From a virus (lineage: Duplodnaviria; Caudoviricetes): a stretch of 38,268 bases of DNA. The DNA lies in IMG/VR virus record IMGVR_UViG_3300031924_000084, positions 1 through 38,268 of that record. One strand, 5' to 3'. Positions 8,935 to 18,267 of this stretch are shown piece after piece. The translations under genes and the position numbers were made by a program. The stretch's first letter is position 1. Every line of letters starts with the position of its first letter. The notes beneath the pieces are model-generated. The model worked only from the letters and a program-made list of their open reading frames with translations, did no database searches and was not told where the DNA came from.

Positions 8935-9216
8935 GTGAATAAAACTGAACTTATCGAAGCCCTGGCCAAAGAAACAGACCAAAGCAAAGCTGCTGTGGGT
9001 CGTACCTTGGAGGCCTTAGTGCACATCGTCACCAAAACAGTCGCCAAGAAGGAAGATGTCCAGTTGATCGGCTTCGGTACATTCAAAGCCTCAAAGCGTG
9101 CTGCACGCACTGGTAAGAACCCACGAACCGGCGAAGCGCTCAAAATCGCAGCCGCTACAGTTCCAAAATTCACAGCGGGTGCAGCATTCAAGGCTGCAGT
9201 GAACAAGAAGAAGTAA
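8935..9216 (+). CDS. Histone-like DNA-binding protein HU (phage-borne)
   Basis: MNKTELI...GFGTF...RAARTGKNPRTGE...PKFTAG HU signature; GTG start with AAAGGAG RBS. Confidence 0.95.
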   Translation: MNKTELIEALAKETDQSKAAVGRTLEALVHIVTKTVAKKEDVQLIGFGTFKASKRAARTGKNPRTGEALKIAAATVPKFTAGAAFKAAVNKKK

Positions 9217-9235
9217 TCTTCACTTGCTTCAAAGC

Positions 9236-9270
9236 AAAGGCGGTAGGGGTGACCCACCGCCTTTTTGTTT
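9236..9270. terminator. Probable bidirectional intrinsic terminator between convergent genes
   Basis: AAAGGCGGT-N11-ACCGCCTTT stem followed by a T-run, with an A-run before it; lies between HU (+) and 9269..9514 (-). Confidence 0.8.
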
Positions 9271-9514
9271 AGTCCTCAGCTGAAATCCAGCTTTTGGGGA
9301 GTACCAAATCGACGTACTCACCAAAGTGTTTGTCAAAAGTCTCCACCAAATGCCTATAGTTGCCAGACATCATCTCGGTGCGGATTGGCTCAAAGTCGAT
9401 GCGCAGGTTACGAGCCAATGATTGGCCCGTTCCAAGCAAACACCATGCATTGCCATCAGGGCCATTGAGGTCAATGGTTTGTTTGCTTAAAGGTTTGAAG
9501 TAAAGCAATGTCAT
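9269..9514 (-). CDS. Small phage hypothetical protein
   Basis: 81-aa ORF with IDLNGPDGNAW motif, 3 nt after the upstream minus-strand gene; ends at the terminator. Confidence 0.65.
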   Translation of the reverse strand: MTLLYFKPLSKQTIDLNGPDGNAWCLLGTGQSLARNLRIDFEPIRTEMMSGNYRHLVETFDKHFGEYVDLVLPKSWISAED

Positions 9515-9517
9515 TGT

Positions 9518-9877
9518 TCAACCCAATCGCGCAACATAACGGGCGTAGTCCCCACCTTCGGGGTTGACGTAAAGGTATGGTCGACCTGGTGCTTTGATCT
9601 CAACGCACAAGAAGCCGTCACCTGTGCCACCTCCTTTGCCAGCTAGCCACTCACGTGACTTGAGGAGTGTTCGGCCAAAGGAGTCGAACTCTTCGGGTGT
9701 CATCTCTTTGGTTTCAGTGACGAGCACCTTGTAGTTGCCGTAGCCACCCACCTCTTCGAGGCTGCATGGTTTGCGTGCAAATGGGAGTTCAACGCTGAGT
9801 TCTTCAACTTCAATCAGCTCACCTCCAAAGTTCAAGGTTCGAGGCGTGCGTTCGATGGTGATGGTCATGGTTTTCAT
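9518..9877 (-). CDS. Phage hypothetical protein
   Basis: 119 aa from MKTMTITIER with GAGGTG RBS; C-terminal VNPEGGDYARYV motif. Confidence 0.7.
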   Translation of the reverse strand: MKTMTITIERTPRTLNFGGELIEVEELSVELPFARKPCSLEEVGGYGNYKVLVTETKEMTPEEFDSFGRTLLKSREWLAGKGGGTGDGFLCVEIKAPGRPYLYVNPEGGDYARYVARLG

Positions 9878-9884
9878 GTTCACC

Positions 9885-10325
9885 TCAAACGATGCGGTAC
9901 TTACGTTCTTGACCATCGGTCTTCTCTGACACGATGTTCAAGCCCAGTTTCTTTTTCAAAGCCCCAGCCATCGCGCCTCGCACAGTGTGTTGTTGCCAAG
10001 CGGTCGCTTGAACAAGCTCTGCAAGGCTTGCGCCCTCGGGGCGCTTGAGCAGCTCGATCATGGTTGCTTGCTTAGTGCCATCGCGGCGCTTTATCGGCGT
10101 GGCTGAGCTTTCTCCAATCGCTTCAAGTCCTGAGCGGGTGATCACAAATTGTGTTGTCCCCTCAGGTGATTTGCTGTGTGGAGTGATCAGCTCTGCGTTA
10201 CCCAGTGCTGTGAGCACTTTGATGAGTGCCCCTCCTTTAAGGTTGGCTGGGAAGTCTGTCAGTAGTTTCTGCGGATGTTTTGCCGCCGCTTGGAGCAAGT
10301 GGCGCTGGCTGTCTGTGAGTTTCAT
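9885..10325 (-). CDS. DUF3489-like winged-helix protein
   Basis: GTKQATMIELLKRPEGASLAEL...WQQHTVRGAMAGALKKKLGL motif; AAAGG RBS. Confidence 0.8.
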   Translation of the reverse strand: MKLTDSQRHLLQAAAKHPQKLLTDFPANLKGGALIKVLTALGNAELITPHSKSPEGTTQFVITRSGLEAIGESSATPIKRRDGTKQATMIELLKRPEGASLAELVQATAWQQHTVRGAMAGALKKKLGLNIVSEKTDGQERKYRIV

Positions 10326-10528
10326 TTTTTACCTTTCGATGTTGTTGATGTGTTTTGTGCTGCTAAAGCACCTGCGGCGTAAGCGGCTTCAAGCGCGCTC
10401 TTGATTGACCAAACCGCTACGTCGTGAAAGTCGTCTCTGTCACGGTTTTGTGTTTCAAGCGTTTCAATTTGGAGATGCTCTTTGGCAATCCGCTCAAAGA
10501 GCTCGTTGAGTTGTTTCGTTTGCTTCAT
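10322..10528 (-). CDS. DUF6900-like small protein
   Basis: IAKEHLQIETLETQNRDRDDFHDVAVWSIKSALEAAY motif; AGGAG RBS before ATG 10528; ATGA overlap with next gene. Confidence 0.75.
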   Translation of the reverse strand: MKQTKQLNELFERIAKEHLQIETLETQNRDRDDFHDVAVWSIKSALEAAYAAGALAAQNTSTTSKGKK

Positions 10529-10633
10529 TTCTTTCTCCTGTTCGTGTTGCGATGTAAAGCATTGACGCTCTGAATCGAGATGAAGCCAAGTCAATTACGC
10601 GATGTGTCGCTTATTTCTTGAAAGCCGATTGAT

Positions 10634-11008
10634 ATGCCAAGAAGTGCGCCAACTCCTTGCAGATATCCGGGATGTATGGCTGTCTTGGCTAACCCTGGCT
10701 ACTGCGACAGCCACCGTGCTTTGGTCCACCGTGATTACGGGCGTATGCGGCGTAGTTTTGACAAAGAGGTGGGGTTCTATCAATCAAGTAATTGGCGGCG
10801 CTTGCGTGCCAATTTCCTGCGGTTGCACCCCCTTTGCAGGGCGTGTGCTGACCAAGGGCGGACGGTTGCTGCCGTAGTTGTGGACCACGTGCTACCCATT
10901 AAGGATGGAGGTGCCCGCCTAGATACAGCGAACCTTCAAGCTTTGTGTGTGTCTTGTCACAACCGTAAGACAGCTGCGGAGAGTTGGCGGCGCACTGCTG
11001 GGGGGTAG
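10634..11008 (+). CDS. HNH endonuclease (terminase-associated, HK97 gp74-like)
   Basis: CRAC...VVDHVLP...NLQALCVSCHNRKT; immediately upstream of terS. Confidence 0.92.
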   Translation: MPRSAPTPCRYPGCMAVLANPGYCDSHRALVHRDYGRMRRSFDKEVGFYQSSNWRRLRANFLRLHPLCRACADQGRTVAAVVVDHVLPIKDGGARLDTANLQALCVSCHNRKTAAESWRRTAGG

Positions 11009-11100
11009 GGGGTCTAAATCTCTACGTTTGGTAGCCAAAGATGCGCTCGCCAGCTCAATTTTTTGCGCGTGCAAATTGAACTAGGGGGGGCTCCCCCGGA
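11000..11100. other. Candidate cos/packaging-initiation region
   Basis: Spacer between HNH and terS with G-tracts, AAATCTCT, a dyad TCAATTT...TTGCGCGTGCAAATTGA and GGGGG-CT-CCCCC; HNH-cos-terS layout is typical of HK97-like phages. Exact cut site not determinable. Confidence 0.5.
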
Positions 11101-11111
11101 GATGGATATTT

Positions 11112-11573
11112 ATGGCCGGTCGAAAACCGCTACCCACCAAAGTTAAGCAAATCAAAGGCACGCTTCAAAAGTGCCGCACGAATTTGCGCGAACCAAAGCC
11201 AATTGGCGACTTGGTTGAACCACCTGATTACATGCCCGATGGGGCAAAGGCAGCTTGGAGATATGCGCTTGAGTGCGCACCGCCCAATTTGCTCAAGAAG
11301 TTGGACATGTCGGTGCTTGAGGTCTGGGCATGTGCTGCAGACCTTTATCGAAAGGCTCAAGCGGGCATTGCAAAAACTGGGTTGCTTGTTAAAGCCCCAA
11401 ACACAGGTGTGCCGATGCAGTCGCCATATTTAGCGATTGCCAATAAGCAGGCACAGATCATGACTAAAGCCGCTACTGAGATGGGGTTCACGCCTGCATC
11501 TCGATCCAGAGTCACATTGCCGATGGAGGCAGCAGATGACGATTTGGATCCGTGGGCTGATATCGCGGGATAA
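11112..11573 (+). CDS. terS: Terminase small subunit (P27 family)
   Basis: MAGRKPLPT N-terminus, QSPYLAIANK, EMGFTPASRSR C-terminal motif. Confidence 0.92.
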   Translation: MAGRKPLPTKVKQIKGTLQKCRTNLREPKPIGDLVEPPDYMPDGAKAAWRYALECAPPNLLKKLDMSVLEVWACAADLYRKAQAGIAKTGLLVKAPNTGVPMQSPYLAIANKQAQIMTKAATEMGFTPASRSRVTLPMEAADDDLDPWADIAG

Positions 11574-11578
11574 CTTCA

Positions 11579-13291
11579 ATGGCACAAGACAGTTATGCGG
11601 ACATTGCCAAGATGTACGCAGAGAGAGTCGTGGCCGGAGAGATTCTTGCGTGCAAATGGGTTAAGGCAGCTTGCAAGCGACAACTCAATGATTTGAAGAA
11701 GTTCAAGGGAAAGTCCAGTCCTTACCAATTCAATCCAAAGCTCACAAGCAAAAGCGGTAAGAGCTACTACCCGGCAGACAACCTGTGTGCGTTCATTGAA
11801 CGATTACCGCACGTCAAAGGTCCTCTTGCAGGTGAGCCCATCACTTTGGAGCCATGGCAAGTATTCATCCTCGCGACGGTGTTTGGTTGGGTGAAGGCTG
11901 ATGGGACGAGAAGGTTTCGTCGCTCGTACATCGAGGTTCCACGAGGAAACGCCAAATCAACTTTGTCTTCTGCTGTTGGGCTGTACATGCTTGCAGCTGA
12001 TGGCGAAGGTGGTGCGGAGGTTTACTCACTGGCCACAACACGTGATCAGGCTCGTATCGTTTTCGGGGATGCACAAACCATGGCGCGTCGCAGTCCGGGA
12101 TTTCGTAATCGGTTCTCGGTGAATGTCGGTGCGCACAACATGAACGTGATGGCCTCGGGGTCGAAGTTTGAAGCTCTGTCGGCTGAGGGCTCCACGCTAG
12201 ATGGTCTGAACATTCACTTCGGTTGTGTGGACGAGTTGCATGCGCATAAAACCCGCACGGTTTATGACGTTGTTGAAACTGGTACCGGTAAACGGGACAA
12301 CTCCCTGCTTTGGGTCATTACTACGGCTGGTAGTAACCGTGCAGGCATCTGTTACGAGGTCCGCTCGTTTGTGACAAAGCTGCTTGATGAGGTGTTCGAG
12401 GATGACACCCAATTCGGAATCATCTACGGACTAGATGACGGTGATGACTGGACGACTGAAGAGTCGCTCATCAAGGCTAATCCCAACTGGGGCATTTCGG
12501 TGCGCTCGGAGGTGCTTGGGCCTTTGCAAGCCAAGGCGATGCAGTTGCCAAGTGCGGTGAACAACTTCAAGACCAAGCATCTCAACGAGTGGGTCAATGC
12601 TGACACCGCTTGGATGGATATGCGGGCATGGGATGCTTGCGCTGAGCAGGGCATGTTCATTGAACAGTTTGAAGGTCAGCCTTGCTGGATTGGCCTTGAC
12701 CTAGCTAGCAAGACAGACATTGCAGCCCTGTTGATCGTGTTTAGGCATCCTGAAATCACCGATGCATTTATGACCTTTGGTAAGTACTACCTGCCTGAGG
12801 ACACGGTCAATGCTGCGGTGAATAGCCAGTATTCAGGGTGGATGCACTCTGGACGTTTGATCGTCACTCCCGGCAACGTCATTGATTTTGGTTGGATCGA
12901 AGCGGACTTGTTGGACATGGCCACACGCTATGAAATTCAAGCAGTGGCATTCGATCCATTTCAAGCCACGCAGTTATCCACCAGGATGCTGTCGGAAGGA
13001 TTGCCAATGATTGAGGTTCGACCAACGGTCTTGAACTTCAGCGAACCCATGAAGACCTTGGAAGCCCTGGTCTTGCAAAAGAAGCTCGTTCACGACGGCG
13101 ACCCTGTTCTTGGCTGGATGGCCAGCAACGTGGTGGCTCACTTGGACGTCAAAGACAACATCTATCCACGCAAGGAGCGAGCAGAAAACAAGATAGACGG
13201 AATCGTGGCGCTGATCATGGCGCTTTCACGTGCCATCAAACCCGGTGAATTGGTGGTGCTTGGTTCTGACTATGAGTTGATGGTGCTCTGA
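11579..13291 (+). CDS. terL: Terminase large subunit
   Basis: LEPWQ, Walker A PRGNAKS, Walker B VDELH, ITTAG, nuclease GLDLAS and KIDGIVA motifs. Confidence 0.96.
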   Translation: MAQDSYADIAKMYAERVVAGEILACKWVKAACKRQLNDLKKFKGKSSPYQFNPKLTSKSGKSYYPADNLCAFIERLPHVKGPLAGEPITLEPWQVFILATVFGWVKADGTRRFRRSYIEVPRGNAKSTLSSAVGLYMLAADGEGGAEVYSLATTRDQARIVFGDAQTMARRSPGFRNRFSVNVGAHNMNVMASGSKFEALSAEGSTLDGLNIHFGCVDELHAHKTRTVYDVVETGTGKRDNSLLWVITTAGSNRAGICYEVRSFVTKLLDEVFEDDTQFGIIYGLDDGDDWTTEESLIKANPNWGISVRSEVLGPLQAKAMQLPSAVNNFKTKHLNEWVNADTAWMDMRAWDACAEQGMFIEQFEGQPCWIGLDLASKTDIAALLIVFRHPEITDAFMTFGKYYLPEDTVNAAVNSQYSGWMHSGRLIVTPGNVIDFGWIEADLLDMATRYEIQAVAFDPFQATQLSTRMLSEGLPMIEVRPTVLNFSEPMKTLEALVLQKKLVHDGDPVLGWMASNVVAHLDVKDNIYPRKERAENKIDGIVALIMALSRAIKPGELVVLGSDYELMVL

Positions 13292-13295
13292 AGCT

Positions 13296-14780
13296 ATGGG
13301 AATGTTCACATTTTTTGATCGATTCAGAGCTTCAGGTGGGGACCGTTCTCCATGGGGGGACTTCTTCTTTGAGCCAGTTGCCGCACGTAGTACCTCGGGC
13401 ATGCGTGTCTCGCCCGATGGTGCGCTTAGGCTTTCGGCTGTTTACGCCTGCGTGCGTATTCTGTCGGAGACGATGGCCTCACTTCCGGTGGTTGTCTATC
13501 GCCAGCGCAAGGACGGCGGTAAGGATCGAGTGACAGATCATTGGCTCTACGCGCTCTTGGCTCGAAAACCAAATCGGTTCCAAAACCCTTTTGAGTGGCG
13601 CGAGATGCTGCAAGGGCATTTGTCTTTGCGAGGGAATGCCTTCTGCCAAATCATCTCTAACCCCAAAGGTGAAATCACAGAGCTGATGCCCATCCATCCG
13701 GATCGTGTGCGAATGGAGGTGATGGATAGCGGGGACTTCCGTTACCGGGTGCGAATGCAAAGCGGGGACGAAACGGTATTCCCTCGCGGTCAGATTTGGC
13801 ACCTTAGGGGCTTGTCCTCTGATGGGCTGATGGGGATGAGCCCGATAGAACTGGCGCGTGAAAGTCTTGGAATGGCTCTCGCCGCTCAGGACTATGGCGC
13901 ACGATTCTTCACGAACGATGCCAAGCCTACAGGCGGCTGGATTGAGTTTCCGGGCACCTTTAAGGATGCAGAAGCCAAGCGGGTCTTTCGGGATTCGTAT
14001 CAGTCGGCACAGGCTGGTTCTAACCGTGGCAAGGTGCTGGTGCTTGAAAACGGCATGAAGTTCCACGAGGTAGGTGTCACGAACAAGGACGCCCAGTTCT
14101 TGGAACTACGCAAGTTCCAAATAACAGATATCGCCCGAATGTTTCGTGTGCCACCGCACATGATTGCTGATTTAGATCGGGCGACTTTCTCGAACATTGA
14201 ACAGCAAAGCCTTGAGTTCGTCATGCACACCATGACGCCATGGGCTGAACGCTGGGAGGCTTCGATTGAGTCGGACTTGATGCTCGAAGGGGACAGGTTG
14301 GAGGTGGAGTTTGACTTTGCCAACCTCATGCGAGGGGATGCAGCCAGTCGATCGGCCTATTACCAAAGCGGTATCCAAAACGGCTGGTTGACCCGTAACG
14401 AAGCTCGCATCTCTGAAAACCTCAACCCGTTGCAAGGACTTGACCAACCACTTCGACCGTTGAACATGGTGGAAGAAGAGGATGCCGAAGAAGCTGAACA
14501 AGAAAACGAGACCAACGATACCGAACCTTCTGAGGACGCCACACCTTCGGCAGAGCAGGACATGAGCCTGCGTTTTCGGATGCTGGTGGCATCAAACGCT
14601 AATCGTCTGGCGCGGCGCATTGCCAAAAAGGGTGCGATTGGCACCAACGAAATCGGATTGATCTCACAAGCCTTTGGGCTCGATGCCACTCATGTGAGTG
14701 CATGGGCGCAGCAACAAGTCCTCCCGCTTCAAGAAGACGCGCTGTCGGCTTCACTTATTCAACTTGGAATGAACCAATGA
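13296..14780 (+). CDS. Portal protein, HK97 family, with acidic linker and C-terminal extension
   Basis: SAVYACVRILSETMASLP, LRGNAF, IARMFRVPPHMI, TFSNIEQQ, GWLTRNEAR motifs. Confidence 0.95.
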   Translation: MGMFTFFDRFRASGGDRSPWGDFFFEPVAARSTSGMRVSPDGALRLSAVYACVRILSETMASLPVVVYRQRKDGGKDRVTDHWLYALLARKPNRFQNPFEWREMLQGHLSLRGNAFCQIISNPKGEITELMPIHPDRVRMEVMDSGDFRYRVRMQSGDETVFPRGQIWHLRGLSSDGLMGMSPIELARESLGMALAAQDYGARFFTNDAKPTGGWIEFPGTFKDAEAKRVFRDSYQSAQAGSNRGKVLVLENGMKFHEVGVTNKDAQFLELRKFQITDIARMFRVPPHMIADLDRATFSNIEQQSLEFVMHTMTPWAERWEASIESDLMLEGDRLEVEFDFANLMRGDAASRSAYYQSGIQNGWLTRNEARISENLNPLQGLDQPLRPLNMVEEEDAEEAEQENETNDTEPSEDATPSAEQDMSLRFRMLVASNANRLARRIAKKGAIGTNEIGLISQAFGLDATHVSAWAQQQVLPLQEDALSASLIQLGMNQ

Positions 14781-15703
14781 ACAAACAACTCCTTCTCTCT
14801 GAATTCTTGACTACGCCTTGGGCTTTGATGCCAGAGCGTTTGCAAGCCATGTCTGGCATCCTGACCCGTTGGTCTGAGGGTGAGCCGCCCAGCGATGAGA
14901 CGATGTTTCAGGTCAACACCGATCGGGTGCTCCGTGACTCACGCAAACAGATGGCAGCGGCCAGCACAGGCTCTGGCATTGCGGTGCTCCCCCTGTATGG
15001 GGTTGTGACCCAACGCGGCAACATGGTGGACGACATCTCCGGCCCCGGCAGCTCCAGTACCCAACAATTCACATCCGTCTTGCGCCAAATGCTGGCTGAT
15101 GACACGGTCGGTCAGATCCTGATCGACATCGACAGTCCTGGCGGAAGTGTCTACGGTGTGAGTGAGCTGGCAAGTGAAATCGTCAAAGCCCGCGCACAAA
15201 AACCTGTGATTGCGGTGGCCAACAGTCTGGCCGCATCAGCTGCCTATTGGATTGGTTGCTCGGCCAGTGAGTTCTATGTCACCCCAGGTGGTGAAGTTGG
15301 CTCTATTGGTGTGTGGCAAGCCCACTTCGATTATTCAAAAGCACTCGAAGAGGATGGGGTCAAACCAACGCTCATCTCCGCAGGCAAGTTCAAGGTGGAG
15401 GGAAATCCGTATGTGCCGCTCGATGAGCAGGCGCAGGCGTTCATGCAGTCGCGAGTCGATGACTACTACAACGCCTTCGTTGAGGCCGTGGCGCTTGGTC
15501 GCGGTGTGTCCATCAACGATGTCAAAACCGGAATGGGTGAAGGTCGTGTGTTGGGAGCTGATGCCGCATTGGCTCAAAACATGGTCGATGGCATCGCCAC
15601 CTTTGATGATGTCTTGGCCAAGATGCAAGCGAACATCCGGTCTAGCAGACCACACAGCCAGTCACGCCTCAAACAAGCGCGTGACGCACTTGCGCTGATC
15701 TAA
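14777..15703 (+). CDS. Prohead protease, S49 (SppA/ClpP-fold) family
   Basis: IDSPGG, AASAAYWI, VGSIGV, SAGKFK motifs; ATGA overlap with portal stop. Confidence 0.92.
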   Translation: MNKQLLLSEFLTTPWALMPERLQAMSGILTRWSEGEPPSDETMFQVNTDRVLRDSRKQMAAASTGSGIAVLPLYGVVTQRGNMVDDISGPGSSSTQQFTSVLRQMLADDTVGQILIDIDSPGGSVYGVSELASEIVKARAQKPVIAVANSLAASAAYWIGCSASEFYVTPGGEVGSIGVWQAHFDYSKALEEDGVKPTLISAGKFKVEGNPYVPLDEQAQAFMQSRVDDYYNAFVEAVALGRGVSINDVKTGMGEGRVLGADAALAQNMVDGIATFDDVLAKMQANIRSSRPHSQSRLKQARDALALI

Positions 15704-15720
15704 CCACTTTCATTTTTTTT

Positions 15721-15812
15721 GCACCTCTCCTTAGAGGGGTGCGCATTACTGCGACCCGTTGGTCGTAATCCCTGTCGCCGCCTTGAGTCATTTCGACCAG
15801 GCGGTTTTTTCA
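15721..15812 (+). promoter_or_regulatory. Structured leader: three consecutive hairpins, the last terminator-like, before the capsid gene
   Basis: GCACCTCTC-CTTA-GAGGGGTGC; CGACC-CGTT-GGTCG; CCGCC...GTC-ATTTC-GAC...GGCGG followed by TTTTTT, just ahead of the GGAG RBS. Confidence 0.55.
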
Positions 15813-15829
15813 TTTCTGGAGAAAAACCA

Positions 15830-17146
15830 ATGAGTAAGCAACTCCGTGAGCTTCAAGCTCGCAAAGCATCCTTGGTCAAGGACGCACGTGCCCTGACCGA
15901 TATCGCTGCCGCTGAGCAGCGTGACATGAACGAAGAAGAGGTCAGTGCTTTTGAAGCCCTGAAGGCCAAGATCGAAGCAACTTCAAGTGCCATCGATCGC
16001 GAGGCAGCCTTGATTGCTGAGGAGGCGCAGATGGCCCACACGGCCCAACTGCCCACTGCCTCGGTGATCACGGTTGTCGATAACGCAGCCTCTGACCTCA
16101 AACACGGCTTCAAAAGCGTTGGCGAGTTTCTCAAGACAGTCTGTCAAGCCCAAAAGCATGGCAGCTCTCTTGATGAGCGACTGCTGATTGGCTCAACCCG
16201 TGGTGCTGCTGCACCAACGAACTTTGGTAGCGAAGGCTCCGCCCAAGATGGCGGCTTCTTGGTGCCACCTCAGTTCGCACAAGAGATCTTCCAGTTGTCG
16301 CTGGGTGAGGACTCGCTCCTGCCGCTGACCGACAACGTGGAGATCACGGGCAACACCATGGCCTTCCCCAAGGACGAAACCACGCCATGGGGTAGCAACG
16401 GCATCCGTGCTTACTGGCAAGGTGAAGCCACCCCAGCGGTGAACACCAAACCAGTGCTGGGCCTGTCCACCCTGCGCCTCAAAAAACTGATGGCCCTGGT
16501 GCCTGTGACGGATGAGCTGTTGGACGACACCAATGCGTTGTCCACCTACTTGCCCGACAAGATCGCCACTTCTATCCGCTGGAAAACCAATGAGTCCATT
16601 CTCTTTGGTTCGGGCACAGGCGTTCCTGTGGGTTGCATGAGCAATGCCACCACCGTGACGGTGGCCAAGGAAACAGGTCAAGCGACACAAACGCTGTTGG
16701 CACAGAACTTGGCCAAGATGATCTCGCGCCTGCCTCCCGCGTCATTCGCCAAAGCGGTGTGGATCGTCAACAACGATGTGTTGCCAGCGCTCTTCACACT
16801 CACCTTGGGCAACTACCCGATCTACCTGCCCATGGGCTTGAATGTCGGTGGCATCCAAGTCTCCCCCTACGGCACCTTGCTGGGTCGTCCGGTGTTTGTC
16901 TCGCAACACGCGAACAGCTTCTCTGGCGCAGGCGATGTGTTGTTGGCTGACTTGTCCTACTACCAAACCATCACCAAAGCGGGTGGTTTGCAAACGGCCA
17001 CTTCGATGCATCTGTATTTCGATGCAGACCTGACAGCGTTCCGTACAACCTTCCGCATGGACGGTCAATCCAAGATCGCGGCACCCATCGCGCCTGCCAA
17101 GGGTAGCGCAACGATGTCGCCCTTTGTTCAATTGGGCGCACGTTGA
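15830..17146 (+). CDS. Major capsid protein, HK97 fold with N-terminal coiled-coil delta domain
   Basis: Coiled-coil N-terminus, DGGFLVPPQF, GTLLGRPV, FRTTFRMDG motifs; GGAG RBS before ATG 15830. Confidence 0.95.
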   Translation: MSKQLRELQARKASLVKDARALTDIAAAEQRDMNEEEVSAFEALKAKIEATSSAIDREAALIAEEAQMAHTAQLPTASVITVVDNAASDLKHGFKSVGEFLKTVCQAQKHGSSLDERLLIGSTRGAAAPTNFGSEGSAQDGGFLVPPQFAQEIFQLSLGEDSLLPLTDNVEITGNTMAFPKDETTPWGSNGIRAYWQGEATPAVNTKPVLGLSTLRLKKLMALVPVTDELLDDTNALSTYLPDKIATSIRWKTNESILFGSGTGVPVGCMSNATTVTVAKETGQATQTLLAQNLAKMISRLPPASFAKAVWIVNNDVLPALFTLTLGNYPIYLPMGLNVGGIQVSPYGTLLGRPVFVSQHANSFSGAGDVLLADLSYYQTITKAGGLQTATSMHLYFDADLTAFRTTFRMDGQSKIAAPIAPAKGSATMSPFVQLGAR

Positions 17147-17175
17147 TCGTGGCCACTTCCTAAAGGAGAAATTTA

Positions 17176-17622
17176 ATGTTTCCCAATGCTAAAGGCAGCG
17201 AACTGATTTCAGTTCTGGCCACCATCGACCCCGCCAGTCAAGCGGCGGGCACTGTCACCACCGGCTGGATTTCAGCTGGCAACCACCACAATCTGCTGGC
17301 TTTGATTCAAAGCGGTGTCCTGGGCGCGGGTGCCACGCTTGATGCGAAGCTCCAGCAAGCTACCGATGCCTCGGGCACTGGTGCTAAGGATGTAGCTGGT
17401 AAATCCATCACCCAGATTGTCAAGGCCACGGGTGACAGCAAGCAAGCCTTGATCAACTTGCGCCCTGAAGAGCTGGATGTAAACAACGGGTTTAGCTATG
17501 TCCGTCTCTCTGTAACTGTGGCTGTCGCAGCCAGTCTGACTTCAGCGCAGTTGCTTGGGTTTAATCCTCGATTCGCACCGGGTGACGCAAGCAACCAGGC
17601 TGCAGTGGCTCAGGTTATCTGA
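17176..17622 (+). CDS. Probable virion head accessory/decoration protein
   Basis: 148 aa, Ala/Thr-rich, strong AAAGGAG RBS, directly after capsid; function inferred from position. Confidence 0.6.
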   Translation: MFPNAKGSELISVLATIDPASQAAGTVTTGWISAGNHHNLLALIQSGVLGAGATLDAKLQQATDASGTGAKDVAGKSITQIVKATGDSKQALINLRPEELDVNNGFSYVRLSVTVAVAASLTSAQLLGFNPRFAPGDASNQAAVAQVI

Positions 17623-17643
17623 GTCTGAGGGGAGACCAAGGGC

Positions 17644-18267
17644 ATGCCCATGCAATTGATCACCCCTCCCGCAGGGGAGCCAGTTTCTCTTGAAGAGGCA
17701 AAGCTTCACCTGCGGGTGGATTTCGATGATGACGATGGGTTGATTCAGGCTTTGATATCTGCGGCTAGACAAGCAGCAGAGACCATCACCAACAGGCAGT
17801 TCATCACTGCACGTTGGAAGTTGGTCATGGATAGCTTTCCCGGTCCGAGCCTCATGGGGGTTCCAGCGGGACAGTCTTTCACATTGCCTGGGCATGCCAT
17901 CTTGATTCAAAAGTCACCCGTCCTGAACGTGGTGTCTATCAACTACCTCGACATGGCAGGCGTAATGCAGACCATGCCCTCGAGCAACTACACGGTCGAT
18001 ACAGCCTGTGAGCCTGCTCGGATCACGCCTGTATTCGGCCAAATCTGGCCCATTCCGCTGCCACAAATTGGCTCGGTATCAGTCACCTTTGATGTTGGAT
18101 ACGGCAATGCTTCTGCGGTGCCCGAAGGCATTAAAAGCTGGATCAAGTTAAGAGTTGGCAGCCTTTATGCGCACCGAGAAGAAGTCGCTGCACTCTCTCG
18201 TGGCCGAATTGAATCTTTGCCATTTGTTGACGGGTTACTCGACCCATTCAAGGTCTCATTCATATGA
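17644..18267 (+). CDS. Head-tail connector (gp6 / phiE125 gp8-like)
   Basis: EPVSLEEAKLHLRVD...LISAARQAAE...VPEGIKSWIKLRVGSLYAHRE. Confidence 0.9.
   Translation: MPMQLITPPAGEPVSLEEAKLHLRVDFDDDDGLIQALISAARQAAETITNRQFITARWKLVMDSFPGPSLMGVPAGQSFTLPGHAILIQKSPVLNVVSINYLDMAGVMQTMPSSNYTVDTACEPARITPVFGQIWPIPLPQIGSVSVTFDVGYGNASAVPEGIKSWIKLRVGSLYAHREEVAALSRGRIESLPFVDGLLDPFKVSFI

Noticed and set aside
11000-11097. G-quadruplex from G-tracts near the putative cos
   Set aside because: Only three long G-runs, the third far from the first two and able to pair with the adjacent C-run.
13479-14066. 195-aa minus-strand ORF inside the portal gene
   Set aside because: Antisense shadow with no recognisable features.
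15719-15829. 37-aa N-terminal extension of the capsid protein given in the ORF track
   Set aside because: The region is hairpin-rich, and the GGAG RBS supports ATG 15830 as the start.
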